Source: Candidatus Marinacidobacterium sp. (GTDB taxonomy: Bacteria > Acidobacteriota > Vicinamibacteria > Marinacidobacterales > Marinacidobacteraceae). Taken from it: DNA of 64,000 nt. Each line of letters opens with the position of its first letter. Position 1 is the stretch's first letter. Below are positions 36,851-46,481 of this stretch, piece after piece. The stretch spans positions 640,001 to 704,000 of the forward strand of contig OZ244852.1 in the NCBI GenBank assembly GCA_965220965.1. The letters are read 5' to 3'. The position numbers and the translations under genes are program-made. The notes below the pieces were generated by a model. That model was not told the origin of the DNA, ran no database searches, and was given only the letters and a program-made list of their open reading frames with translations.

Positions 36851-38046
36851 GCGGCGGAGACGGGTTCTCCCGACGCGCGCTTCTCAAGGGAGTTCTGGCG
36901 GCGGCCCCGGTCTCGGCGGCGTGCGCCAACGGGCAGGAGCCTGCGCCGACGACCGAGGGCGGGCCACCCTCGGGCGTGGCGCTCTGGGGTCAGGACCTCG
37001 GGCTCGGCGAGATGTTCCGGAGCGCGAACGGCGAAACCGAGGTCGAGGCCTACATCAGGAAGTGCGCCGACCACGGGGTCTCCCGGGTCTTCGCGCCCGG
37101 CGCATCGGAGGACCTGGTCCAGACCGGGCGCGACCACGGCGTGACCGTCCACCCCTACAAGGCGGTCGCCTCCCACGGCGGCATCCGGATGTATCCCGCC
37201 TGGTCGTCCAACTTCATGGTCCCGCGCTTCGGGACCGAGGAAGGGCGCATCACCCTCGACGCGCACCGTCCGATCTGGAGTCATCCGCAGCGCATCGAGA
37301 GCCTGAGCGACTTCCTGCGGGAGAACCCGCAACACCGTCACCGGAACCGGTCGCTCTCCGACGAAATGCAGCCCTACGAGCGCGTGTTCCTCAGCCCCGG
37401 CCTCCCGGAGGGAAGAGCGGAGGAGGCGCGGGCGTTCGCCGATCTCCTCACGAGCAGCGGGGGTCTCGGGATCCAGGCCGAATTCGTGTCGATCAACGAG
37501 GACGAGGACGGGGTGAGCACCGACGGCTACGAGGACTCGATCGCCTCAGCCTTCAGAGAGGCCACCGGCCGCGACCCGTTCGACATCCCGAACGCCGATC
37601 CCGACTGGGTGGACTTCCGGGCAGCCCGCTGGACCGACATGGTGCGCGCGATCCGCGACGCCGTGAAGGCCGTCCGCTCCGACGCGGTCTTCACGATCAC
37701 CGTGATCAACCGGGATCCCGACGGATACCGGACGCGCATGCAGGACTGGCCCACGTGGGTGGACGAGGGCCTCGCCGACGAGATGCACCTCTGGTTCCGC
37801 TCCACGACGGATCTCGGAGTGATCGAACGCCAGGCGCGGCACATGGTCGACACTGTCCGCGGCCGGGTTCCGGTGGTGGCGGAGTTCTCCTGCTACCACC
37901 CCGGCAGTCTCCAGACGGCCGACGCGATGATGGACGCGGCCCGCGCCACCCGCGCCGCCGGCGTGGACGGCCTCGGGATCTACCGCAGCCACGCGGTGGA
38001 GCAGCTCCGGTTCTGGCCGCTCCTCGAAGCGATGACGCAGTTGTAG
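36847..38046 (+). CDS. Tat lipoprotein, family-10 glycosylhydrolase-like (GHL10/DUF187) TIM barrel
   Basis: 'SRRALLK...SAAC'; 'F..ATG.DP..IPN.DP.WVDFR', 'QDW.TW..EGL.D' resemble GHL10; GTG overlaps upstream TGA. Confidence 0.6.
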   Translation: MSGGDGFSRRALLKGVLAAAPVSAACANGQEPAPTTEGGPPSGVALWGQDLGLGEMFRSANGETEVEAYIRKCADHGVSRVFAPGASEDLVQTGRDHGVTVHPYKAVASHGGIRMYPAWSSNFMVPRFGTEEGRITLDAHRPIWSHPQRIESLSDFLRENPQHRHRNRSLSDEMQPYERVFLSPGLPEGRAEEARAFADLLTSSGGLGIQAEFVSINEDEDGVSTDGYEDSIASAFREATGRDPFDIPNADPDWVDFRAARWTDMVRAIRDAVKAVRSDAVFTITVINRDPDGYRTRMQDWPTWVDEGLADEMHLWFRSTTDLGVIERQARHMVDTVRGRVPVVAEFSCYHPGSLQTADAMMDAARATRAAGVDGLGIYRSHAVEQLRFWPLLEAMTQL

Positions 38047-38191
38047 CGGGATCGGGTTCCAGAGCTGCGGGTTCGCTCAGCCTCCCTCCTGTTCCCCGGG
38101 GAAGTCCGGTTCCTCTCGGTTCACTCGCGCGCGCAACGCTTCGGTCTGCGGGCCGGCTTCGACTCCGGTGGTGTCCCGGCCGGAGCAACCC

Positions 38192-39451
38192 TCAGCGCAC
38201 GCGGATGGCGTCCCAGTTGTCCCAGGCGGAGGTGTCCGAGAGGACGACCTCATCACCTTCGGTGAGGCCGTCCAGCACTTCGATGCGGTTCACCGATCCA
38301 CGGCCCAGCCGGACCGGGATGCGCTCGGCGGTGGCGCCGTCCGGGCTGATCCGGAAGAGACCAACCGTGCTCCCCGGCTGGCCGTAGGCGGGACGGCCCA
38401 CGTGGAGCGTGTCGGGGATGCGGTCGAGCTGGATCGAGCCGTCCACCGAGAGGTCGGGCCGGGCGCCGCGGGGCAGGGCGCCTTCGAGGCGGATGTCCAC
38501 CCGGACGGCCCCGTCCCGGACGGCCGGATCCACTCGCGAGACGACTCCCGGGATGACGCCGTTTCTGGTGTCCACCAGGGCGGTCTGCCCCGGGGTGAGA
38601 TCGCCCGCCTGGGTCTCGGGAATGCGGAGGACGGCGCGGAGCTCGCTCACGTTGGCGACGCGGGCCAGGTTGTCCCCCGGACTCACCTCCTGGCCGACCT
38701 CCACCGGGGTCTCGAGCAGGACGCCGGCGCGCCCGGCGCGGACGGTGAGGGCCTCGAGCTGTCGGGTGCGGAGCTCGACGACCGCCTGGTGGCGGGCCAC
38801 GGTCGCCTCCTTCGAAGCGAGCTGCGCTTCGGAGGAGCCGGCGAGGGTCTCGAGACGCTCCTGCTCGAGGTCGCGCCGGACCTCGAGCTCCTCGGCGCGG
38901 ACGAGGCTTCGGCGGTGGATGAGCTCGCCGATGACGCCGGCCTGGAGGAGTTTCGCGTCGGCGTCCGCGCGCCGGCGGGCGCTCTCCGAAGAGGTCCGGA
39001 GCTGGTTGGCGGCGTTCTCCTGTTCGAGCAGGTCCGAGCGGATCCGGTCACGGAGGCGGCGAAGTTCGGCTTCCTGGCCGCGGAGCTGGAGCTCCGCCTC
39101 CCGGGTCTGCTGGACGAGCGTCGGGTTCGAGAGGACGAGCAGCACGGTGTCGGCTTCGACCGGCGTCCCGGGAAGGATCCGGCGCTCCTCGACCCGTCCG
39201 CGGGTTTCGGCCGCCAGCCAGCGGACTTCTTCGGGCGGGACTTCGAGGACGCCGGGGCCTCGGACCCTCCGGACGAGCTCACCCCGCTCGACGACTCCGG
39301 TCCACAGGGTGGATCGGCTCACCTCGGGCGCTCCCGGAGCGAGCCGGGTGAGCAGCCAGAGCGCGGTCGCCGCGCCCGCGATCCCAGCGGCCCAGAGGAG
39401 GAGCCGTCGCCGCCTGCGCTTGCGCTGCCGGTCGGCGATCTGGAAGTCCAT
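38192..39451 (-). CDS. Efflux periplasmic adaptor subunit (HlyD/MFP)
   Basis: N-terminal TM, 'V.RG.L.R.VRGPG.L.P', coiled coil, 'VRAG..GVL', 'ARPDLSVDG.I', 'GL..GDEV.LSD'. Confidence 0.9.
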   Translation of the reverse strand: MDFQIADRQRKRRRRRLLLWAAGIAGAATALWLLTRLAPGAPEVSRSTLWTGVVERGELVRRVRGPGVLEVPPEEVRWLAAETRGRVEERRILPGTPVEADTVLLVLSNPTLVQQTREAELQLRGQEAELRRLRDRIRSDLLEQENAANQLRTSSESARRRADADAKLLQAGVIGELIHRRSLVRAEELEVRRDLEQERLETLAGSSEAQLASKEATVARHQAVVELRTRQLEALTVRAGRAGVLLETPVEVGQEVSPGDNLARVANVSELRAVLRIPETQAGDLTPGQTALVDTRNGVIPGVVSRVDPAVRDGAVRVDIRLEGALPRGARPDLSVDGSIQLDRIPDTLHVGRPAYGQPGSTVGLFRISPDGATAERIPVRLGRGSVNRIEVLDGLTEGDEVVLSDTSAWDNWDAIRVR

Positions 39452-39477
39452 GTCTCAGGCCGCTCCAGTGACTCGCC

Positions 39478-41367
39478 TTAGTCGAAGACGAGGGCGGGGA
39501 GCGTCAGCGTGAGCCAGGGGGCGTAGGTCACCAGCAGCACGGCGCCGGCGCGGATCGCGAGAAACGGCAGCGCGGCCCGGTAGACCTCGCCGAGCGGCCG
39601 CCGGAACCGGTAGGACGCGAGGAAGAGGTTCATGCCGACCGGGGGCGTCAGGTAGCCGAGCTCCAGGTTCGTCAGAAAGATGACCCCGAGATGGATGGGA
39701 TCGACCCCGTAGGCGAGGCCCAGCGGGGCGATCAGCGGCACGACCACCACGATGGCCGAGTAGATGTCCATGAGACACCCGGCGACCAGCAGGACCAGGT
39801 TCAGCAGCAGCAGGAAGAACAGCGGGGACTCGACGAAGGACTGGACCCACGCCACCGCGGTCGCCGGGATGTCGGCGAAGATCAGGTAGTTCGTCAGGCC
39901 GAGCGCGCAACCCAGGATGAGCAGCACGCCGCCGATCAGGGTCACCGCGTTCCCTCCGGTGCGCACCAGGTCGCCGAGGCCCTTGCCCTCGCGGTGGACG
40001 ACGTACTCCACGAAGAGGACGTAGAGCACGGTGATCGCGGCGGCCTCGACCAGGGTTGCGATCCCGCCGAGGATGACCCCGATCACCACCACCGGGATCG
40101 CCGCCTCCCACTTGGCCTCCCACAGCGCAGAGAGCGCCGTCCGGATCCTGAACGGCGTCGTCCCGCCGGCTGGCGCCGATCCCTCCGCCGGCCGCCGTCC
40201 CACCCGGCGGGCGACCAGGATCGTGAACCCGGCGACGAGCCCGATCTCCAGCAGCGCCGGCACGAACCCGGCGACGAAGAGCCGCTGGATGTCCACCTCG
40301 GCGACCAGCCCGTAGAGGATCACCGCCAGCGACGGCGGGAACAGCAGTCCGAGCGAGCCCGCCGAGGTGAGGAGGCCGGTCGAGAACTTCGCGCGGTGGC
40401 CGTCGGCGACCAGCATCGGGAACATGAGCCCGCCGATCGCCAGGATCGTGACGCCGCTTCCCCCGGTGAACGAGGTGAAGAAGGCTGAGACCACGATCGC
40501 CACGATCGCGACGCCGCCGGGGATCCAGCCGAACATTCCCCGGAAGAGCTTCACCAGTCGCCGGGGCGCGCCGCCATCCGCCAGGATGTAGCCGGCGAGC
40601 GTGAACAGCGGGATCGTGGGCAGCGTGGGCTTGCTCACCATCCCGTAGGCCTCGGCGGGGATCGCCGAGACCGGGTCCCAGTTCGCCCATAGCAGCACGG
40701 CGGCCGCGCCGCCGAGCGCCACGAAGATGGGCGCTCCGCCGGCGGCCGCGATCAGGATCAACGCCAGAAGCGGCCAGGCGATCCCGGTCTCGGTCAGGTC
40801 GAACCCGGAGACGCCCTCGTGGAGCAGAAGGGGAACGGCGAGCGCGACGAGCGCTCCGACCTTCCCCCAGCGGGTGGGGATCCGCCGCCAGATCCTCCAG
40901 CCGATGAGCGCGAAGCCGAGCGGCATGACGCCCTCGGCCACCCACACCGGGACGCCGAGGGCGAGCTCGCGTCCGCCTTCCCACTCGGCGCGGATCAGGA
41001 CTACGCTGGCGTAGGCCAGCGCTGCGGAGACGGCGACCCCGACGCCGCCGGACAGCGAGGCGATCACCGGCTTCCACCGCTCGGGCGCGGCGCTCGGTCC
41101 GGCGGTGAGCGCAAGCAGCTCCCCGCGGCGGGCGGCCACCGCGGCGCCGAGGAAACCCACCCAGAGCGCCAGGTGCTGCACCCACATCGAGGATCCCGGG
41201 ATCCCGGTGGGGAAGAACGGACGGATCGCCGCCTCCACGATGGGGATCGCGGCCATCAGGATCAGCGCGGTCAGCGAGACCGCCTCCTCGAAGACCGCGA
41301 TGCGGCCGCCGGCGCGCGAAACCGGCGCGCCTCCGGCGGCGGCCGGGGCGGGGTCCGGGCTGCTCAT
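39478..41367 (-). CDS. TRAP transporter fused small+large permease (DctQM)
   Basis: 'IPLFTLAGY', 'FTGGSGVTI.A.G', 'GSLGLLFPPS', 'DPIHLGVIFL.NLELGYLTPPVGMNLF'. Confidence 0.93.
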   Translation of the reverse strand: MSSPDPAPAAAGGAPVSRAGGRIAVFEEAVSLTALILMAAIPIVEAAIRPFFPTGIPGSSMWVQHLALWVGFLGAAVAARRGELLALTAGPSAAPERWKPVIASLSGGVGVAVSAALAYASVVLIRAEWEGGRELALGVPVWVAEGVMPLGFALIGWRIWRRIPTRWGKVGALVALAVPLLLHEGVSGFDLTETGIAWPLLALILIAAAGGAPIFVALGGAAAVLLWANWDPVSAIPAEAYGMVSKPTLPTIPLFTLAGYILADGGAPRRLVKLFRGMFGWIPGGVAIVAIVVSAFFTSFTGGSGVTILAIGGLMFPMLVADGHRAKFSTGLLTSAGSLGLLFPPSLAVILYGLVAEVDIQRLFVAGFVPALLEIGLVAGFTILVARRVGRRPAEGSAPAGGTTPFRIRTALSALWEAKWEAAIPVVVIGVILGGIATLVEAAAITVLYVLFVEYVVHREGKGLGDLVRTGGNAVTLIGGVLLILGCALGLTNYLIFADIPATAVAWVQSFVESPLFFLLLLNLVLLVAGCLMDIYSAIVVVVPLIAPLGLAYGVDPIHLGVIFLTNLELGYLTPPVGMNLFLASYRFRRPLGEVYRAALPFLAIRAGAVLLVTYAPWLTLTLPALVFD

Positions 41368-41401
41368 GGGAGGCCCGGAGAGACTACCGGGCGGCTTGGG
41401 A

Positions 41402-42424
41402 TCAGTCGCGGTCCGGGCTGCTCTGTCCGGCGCGGAACTCGTCGCGGATCCGGATCACCCGGTCGAGCACCGGACCCGGAACCAGCCGGTCGCGCACCAT
41501 CGGGAAGGACTTCTCGGCGAGACCCTCCCAGGCCGCGAGGAAGTCCGGCGACGCTTCGATGACCTGGAGCCCGCGTCGCTCCATCGCGGCGAGGGAGCGC
41601 TCCTCGGTCTCGCGGTTCGAGCTGCGGAACTCGGCGGCGGCGGCGTCGGCGTGACGGGTCACTACCTCGCGCTGTTCGGGGGTCAGCCGCTCCCAGCCGT
41701 TGTCGTGGATGATGAGCGCGCCCTGGAGCGGGGCCCAGCGGAGGCTGTTCATGAACCCGGCGGAGCGGTAGACCTGCGAGCCCTCGGCGAAGACGATGGG
41801 CAGCGGCGCGGCTTCGACGAGCCCGGTCTGGAACCCGCTCACCAGCTCGACCGAATTCACCTGGACCGGATCGAAACCCGCCCACCGCAGGAGGTCCACC
41901 GCGGTCGGATCCCCGGCGGCGCCCGCGAGGCGGAGGCCCTGGAGGTCCTCGACGGTATTGACCGGCTGGCTCGAGAAGAAATGGAGCCAGCCCACGTCGG
42001 CCCAGGCGAGCGCGCGAAACCCGTGCTCCTCGAGCGCCGCGCCGATCGCCGGGTTCATGACGTCCCGCACGTGGTCCCACTCGGCGTAGTCGTCGAACAC
42101 CATCGGGATCGAGAGCGTCCAGGCGCTGGCGTCGAGCTCGGCGAGCCCCACGTTCGTGACCGCCGCCATCTGGACCTGGCCGATCCGCATCTTCCGGATC
42201 ATGTCGGACTCGTCGCCGGCGGATCCCCCGCTGATGATGCGGATGCGGACCTCGCCGTCGGTGTCCTTGCCGATGTCGGCCGCCATCTTGCGGAGCGTGA
42301 TGTGCCAGCTCGAGCCGTTCGGCGCGAGGGTGGCGAGCCGCAGGTTCACCCGCGCCTCGACCGCGGTGGCGGCGAGGAGCAGCGCCGCCAGCGCGGCCCC
42401 GGTGATGCGGGTCCCGTTCTTCAT
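41402..42424 (-). CDS. dctP: TRAP substrate-binding protein (DctP/TatP)
   Basis: Signal peptide then 'LRLATLAPNGSSW', 'GG.AGDESDMIRKMRIGQ'. Confidence 0.92.
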   Translation of the reverse strand: MKNGTRITGAALAALLLAATAVEARVNLRLATLAPNGSSWHITLRKMAADIGKDTDGEVRIRIISGGSAGDESDMIRKMRIGQVQMAAVTNVGLAELDASAWTLSIPMVFDDYAEWDHVRDVMNPAIGAALEEHGFRALAWADVGWLHFFSSQPVNTVEDLQGLRLAGAAGDPTAVDLLRWAGFDPVQVNSVELVSGFQTGLVEAAPLPIVFAEGSQVYRSAGFMNSLRWAPLQGALIIHDNGWERLTPEQREVVTRHADAAAAEFRSSNRETEERSLAAMERRGLQVIEASPDFLAAWEGLAEKSFPMVRDRLVPGPVLDRVIRIRDEFRAGQSSPDRD

Positions 42425-42435
42425 GATGCCGTCCC

Positions 42436-43398
42436 TCACTCGTCGTCGAGGAAGTAGTCGTCGGTGCGCTCGATGAGCCACGCTGCCCTCTCCTGCGCCA
42501 CGCGGTTCAGCAGCCGCGCCTCCGGAAAGCTGTGGATGTCGAAGTCGAGCGTCTGCCGCAGCAGGCGCTCGAACTCGGCCCGGTCCCCGGTGGCGATCGA
42601 GCCGCTCTCGGCCCAGTTCGCCCAAAGGACCGGATGCCGCTCGGGACCGATCTCGAGGGCGTGCTCCCACAGCTCCCGGGCCCGCTCCAGCGAGCCGCCC
42701 GGGCGGATCGCCTCGTAGAGGCTCAGGTAGTCGTAGGCCACCCCGGCGTCCACCATCTCGTCGAGTTCCAGAACGCGCTCGAGGAGCGCGCCCATGACCG
42801 CGAGGTCGGCGGTGGCCTCGGGGTCCGCGGTGTTCATCGAGATCCACGCCCCGGTGGCGGTTCCGGTCCACAGCGCCAGCCCCGCGTCCTCTTCCTCGAG
42901 TTCGGCGGCGGCGGCCCAGGGATCCCGGCTGAGGCGCTCCCGGATGCCCGGGTGGTTGGCCTCCAGCCCCTGGAGCCCGAATTCGCGGGATCGCTCGTAG
43001 AGACGGGCGGCCCGGGCCCGGACGGCCTGCTCCTCCTCGAACTGGGTGAAGTCCAGCTCGAACAGGTTCGGCTCCACGAAGGCGTAGGCGTAGAGCGCGA
43101 ACCCCTTGGCGGCGGCGAGGAGCATGAGCCGGTGCTCGGGCTCCTGGAGGAGGAGCGACTCGACCGTCTTCAGGTTGAACGCGAGCGCCCGGCCCACGAG
43201 CTCGAGGTCGTCGTCGGAGCGATAGACGGCTTCGCCCTCGGCGAGCACCTCGGCGAGGGAGTTCACCGCGACCCCGGTCACGAGCGAACAGCCGGGGGAG
43301 AGCGCGGCGGCCAGGATCAGCGCCAGCAGCGCCGGGACTCCGGCGGCGCGCGGTGTCCGGCGGGCCCCGTTCGGGGGGAAATACGGCGCCTCGCCCAC
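42436..43398 (-). CDS. tatT: TRAP T-component (TatT) lipoprotein
   Basis: Lipobox SPGC; 'DDD.ELV..AL.F.LK..ESLL...P', 'G+..YA.AFV', 'A..LY.R', 'D...F..LL...L', 'A..RA.WL' typical of TatT; immediately upstream of dctP-dctQM. Confidence 0.85.
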   Translation of the reverse strand: MGEAPYFPPNGARRTPRAAGVPALLALILAAALSPGCSLVTGVAVNSLAEVLAEGEAVYRSDDDLELVGRALAFNLKTVESLLLQEPEHRLMLLAAAKGFALYAYAFVEPNLFELDFTQFEEEQAVRARAARLYERSREFGLQGLEANHPGIRERLSRDPWAAAAELEEEDAGLALWTGTATGAWISMNTADPEATADLAVMGALLERVLELDEMVDAGVAYDYLSLYEAIRPGGSLERARELWEHALEIGPERHPVLWANWAESGSIATGDRAEFERLLRQTLDFDIHSFPEARLLNRVAQERAAWLIERTDDYFLDDE

Positions 43399-43491
43399 GG
43401 CCGGAAAAGGTTACTTCAACGCCGGGCGGGCCGTTGAGCGCGCCCCGTCGCCGTTCGCTCCCCGGAAGCCGGTACGCTCGCCCCGATCACC

Positions 43492-44043
43492 ATGGCTCTG
43501 CTTTCCCGTCCCGCCTTCCTTCGCTTCGCGGCTCTGGTCGCGGCTTCGGCCTTCGTCGCCCCGGGCTGCGGCCCGCCGGACCCGGGCGAAACCGCCCCGG
43601 CGCCAGTGGCCGAAAGCGCCGCGCCCGACCCGCTCCTCGGGAGCTGGCGGCCGCAGACCTACCGGATCGGCGGGGAGGAGCCCACCGAGCTGCCGGTGGA
43701 TGGCCGGATCGTCTTCCTGCCCGGTTCCGGGGAAGACCCCGGCGAGTGGTCCGTGCTGTTCTTCGTGAACGACGAGGGCGGCGAGCCCCGGCGAGGTTCA
43801 GCCGAGGGCGGCCAGTGGTTCCGCGAGGGGGAGACGCTGGTGCTGACCCATGCGTGGCATCTGTCCGCGGGCGCGGCGGTGGGCCCGCTGTCCGAGGCGC
43901 CGCTACGGATGGAGCTGCGCTCCATGGAGACCGCGGCGCGCGACCACCGGGAGCCGTGCCGGGTCGGGATCGAGGGGGACGGGATGACCCTCTTCTTCCC
44001 GAGCGGGAACTCGATGTCCTTCGTCCGGATCAGCGGTCCCTGA
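43492..44043 (+). CDS. Lipocalin-like lipoprotein
   Basis: Lipobox APGC; 'LLGSWR' (GxW) start of an all-beta domain. Confidence 0.6.
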   Translation: MALLSRPAFLRFAALVAASAFVAPGCGPPDPGETAPAPVAESAAPDPLLGSWRPQTYRIGGEEPTELPVDGRIVFLPGSGEDPGEWSVLFFVNDEGGEPRRGSAEGGQWFREGETLVLTHAWHLSAGAAVGPLSEAPLRMELRSMETAARDHREPCRVGIEGDGMTLFFPSGNSMSFVRISGP

Positions 44044-44521
44044 CGCCCCCGCTCCGGAGAAGCAGTTCCGGGGGTTCGCGCACCGGCTCGCCTTCCGGGC
44101 TGCAGAGGCGCACCATGAGCAGGGTGGCGTCGACGACGGCGCGCATGCGAAGCGCGGCGGGATCGAGGGTGGCGAGCTGGATCTCCCTCGGCGAAAGGCC
44201 GTCTTCCACCAGCCGGGCGACGGTGTCCTCGGCGCCGTCCACGAACTCCTCGGCGATCTGGCGGACCCGCTGATCCAGCTCCGTGGCGAGGCGGCATTCC
44301 CGCGTGAGCGGTTCCTCGGGCAACGCCTCGCGGAAGCTCTGAAGAAAGGAATCGTCCAGAACCATCCGGATGATGTTCCGATGCGCGGCCGAGGGCCCCG
44401 CCGGCTGGGAAGCCGGCCGGGCCGACTTCCCGGGGGGAGAAGGCGGCGCCGCGGCGCCCGCCGCCTCGCCGAGGGTCACCAGGGGGAATGTCGCCAGCAG
44501 AAAGGCCAGGAACCGGACCAT
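44030..44521 (-). CDS. Hypothetical secreted protein
   Basis: GAGGAGG RBS upstream, signal-like N-terminus, plausible codon usage; no motif recognised. Confidence 0.55.
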   Translation of the reverse strand: MVRFLAFLLATFPLVTLGEAAGAAAPPSPPGKSARPASQPAGPSAAHRNIIRMVLDDSFLQSFREALPEEPLTRECRLATELDQRVRQIAEEFVDGAEDTVARLVEDGLSPREIQLATLDPAALRMRAVVDATLLMVRLCSPEGEPVREPPELLLRSGGVRDR

Positions 44522-44595
44522 CGCAGTCCTCCTCGGTCCGGCGACGGCCGGACCCGATGATTCGAGTCTACCGGGCGACCTCGTCGCCCTTCCAG

Positions 44596-46011
44596 TCAGT
44601 TCTCTGGCGTTGCGAACTGGTATCCCCGGGCGCGGAGCGCCTCGATCAGCTCGGCGGGCAGCGGTTCGAGCTCCTCGCCGTCCGCGTTCTCCTGGCGCCA
44701 GGCGACCGTCTGGATCCGCCGGGTCTCGAGCTCGGCCCGCAGCGGTTCGGTGCTCATCCGGCCCTCGGCGTAGCGGTTCTCCGCCTCGTTCGGGTCGCGC
44801 ACCGTGTTGAACAGCGCGAACTGGGGCTCGGGCTGTCCCGGGACCGGCACCCGCAGCATCCGGAGTCGCCCGTCGAAGATCGAGAAGAGACCGCCGTCCG
44901 TCTCCGAGTAGAGGCGACGGTGGGGGCGCGGATTCTGACCCCGGAGCGACGGGACCAGCGACGTTCCGAAGTACCCGATGGGTCGCGGATCGGGGATGGC
45001 CTGCGGCGAACCGATGAGTTCCAGCGCCGTGGGCGCAAGATCTGCAAGGCTCACGACCCCGGGAAAGCGCACCTCCGAGGGGAGGCGGTCGGCTTCGGCG
45101 CCCGGCCAGCCGAAGACCAGCGGGACCCGCACGGTCTCGCGGAACAGGCCGCGCGGGCGATCGAAGACCGGGCCGCGCTCGCCCAGCGACTCGCCGTGGA
45201 GCCCGGCCACCACCACGAGCGTCTCCCCATCGAGGGGTCCCGCGCGCACCGCGTCGAGGATCTCGCCCACCGCGATGTCCACGCTCCGGATCGCGGCGTC
45301 GTAGCGGTCCACGCTCTCGCCGTACCCGCCGCCCGGATCCGGCGCGAGCGCCGACGCCGGGACCGGCCCGGGCCGGAGCCGGGGCGCCTCGGGCGTCAGG
45401 TTGTCGCCCCAGGACGGGTCCTCACCGGGAGGATGCGGTGGTTCTGGTCCGGCGAAGTGGAGCCACAGGAAGAGCGGCGCGGCGGTCGCGGCGGCGGAAT
45501 CCGCCGGAGCCGGCGCCGTCAGGATCTCGCGCGCCATGGCCACGACCTCGGCGGACGGATCCGCCGTCTCCGCATCGAAGAACTCGCGGTACTCCGCAAA
45601 GCCCGCCGAGAATCCGAGTTGCGACGCGAGCGCCGGGTGGGTCACCGCCGCCCGGGTCCGGTAGCCGGCGGCCGACAGGAGTTCCGCGAGACCTGCGCCG
45701 GGGAGGAGCCGCGCCGGCGCCCCCCGGGTGATGCGCGCCGGGTCCATTCCGGTGAGGACGGCCGCGGCGGCGACGCCGGTCTCGGGCCAGGGAGTCACCC
45801 CCTCCGACAGGATGGCGCCGGCGGCGGCGAAGAGATCCAGCCGGGGGGTGGCGTTCCTGACGTAACCGGAGATCCCGAGGTGATCGCTCCGCAGCGAGGA
45901 CACCGTGATGAGCACGAGGTTCCGCGACGGCTCGGGGACCCCGGCGTCTCCGCCGCAACCCGCGAGCGTGACGAGCGCCGTGAGCAGCGCGCTCCGCCGG
46001 AGGCCGCTCAT
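44596..46011 (-). CDS. Sulfatase/alkaline-phosphatase-superfamily lipoprotein (degenerate active site)
   Basis: Lipobox LAGC; 'NLVLIT..LRSDHL..GY...TP.LD', 'YD..I..VD', 'HGE.LGE', 'VPL', 'SL.D..PT'. Confidence 0.8.
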   Translation of the reverse strand: MSGLRRSALLTALVTLAGCGGDAGVPEPSRNLVLITVSSLRSDHLGISGYVRNATPRLDLFAAAGAILSEGVTPWPETGVAAAAVLTGMDPARITRGAPARLLPGAGLAELLSAAGYRTRAAVTHPALASQLGFSAGFAEYREFFDAETADPSAEVVAMAREILTAPAPADSAAATAAPLFLWLHFAGPEPPHPPGEDPSWGDNLTPEAPRLRPGPVPASALAPDPGGGYGESVDRYDAAIRSVDIAVGEILDAVRAGPLDGETLVVVAGLHGESLGERGPVFDRPRGLFRETVRVPLVFGWPGAEADRLPSEVRFPGVVSLADLAPTALELIGSPQAIPDPRPIGYFGTSLVPSLRGQNPRPHRRLYSETDGGLFSIFDGRLRMLRVPVPGQPEPQFALFNTVRDPNEAENRYAEGRMSTEPLRAELETRRIQTVAWRQENADGEELEPLPAELIEALRARGYQFATPEN

Positions 46012-46481
46012 CGGACGTTCCCCGCTCGCCGGACCTCGATGCGCCGGGTCCCGTCGGGCTCCGGCGCGAGTTCGACCTCGAGCGCGTCGTCGCGTCGGAA
46101 CCGGCCCAGCCGGTCCGGCCACTCCACAATGACCACGGCGTCTTCCTCCTCCATCTCCTCGATGCCCAGTTCCTCGAGTTCCGCCGGTTTCTCGATCCGG
46201 TAGAGATCGATGTGGTAGACCGGGCGCGCGCCCTCGGCGTAGCCCTGGACGAGGGCGAATGTCGGGCTCGTGACCTGGCGCGGGTCCACCGCGTAGTGGC
46301 GGGCGAGCCCCTTGGCGAAGACCGTCTTGCCGGCCCCCAGGGGTCCGTTCAGGTAGAACGCCCGCGCCGCGGGGAAGCGCGAGGCGAGCCGGTCGCCGGC
46401 GCGGAGCGTCTCGTCGGGATCCCGGGTGCGAAAGCGCGCCACGACCGCGGAAGCCTCCGGCGTGGGGAGAGCCGGCGTCAT
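46008..46481 (-). CDS. tsaE: tRNA t6A37 biosynthesis ATPase TsaE
   Basis: 'GPLGAGKTVFAKG', 'VTSPTF', 'HIDLYR', 'IVEWP'; coupled to nnr. Confidence 0.95.
   Translation of the reverse strand: MTPALPTPEASAVVARFRTRDPDETLRAGDRLASRFPAARAFYLNGPLGAGKTVFAKGLARHYAVDPRQVTSPTFALVQGYAEGARPVYHIDLYRIEKPAELEELGIEEMEEEDAVVIVEWPDRLGRFRRDDALEVELAPEPDGTRRIEVRRAGNVR

Noticed and set aside
38140-38185. GCCGGCTTCGACTCCGGTGGTGTCCCG, resembling a tRNA T-arm/3' end
   Set aside because: The T-stem does not close correctly; no D-arm, anticodon arm, acceptor pairing or CCA found. tRNAscan-SE/ARAGORN would settle it.
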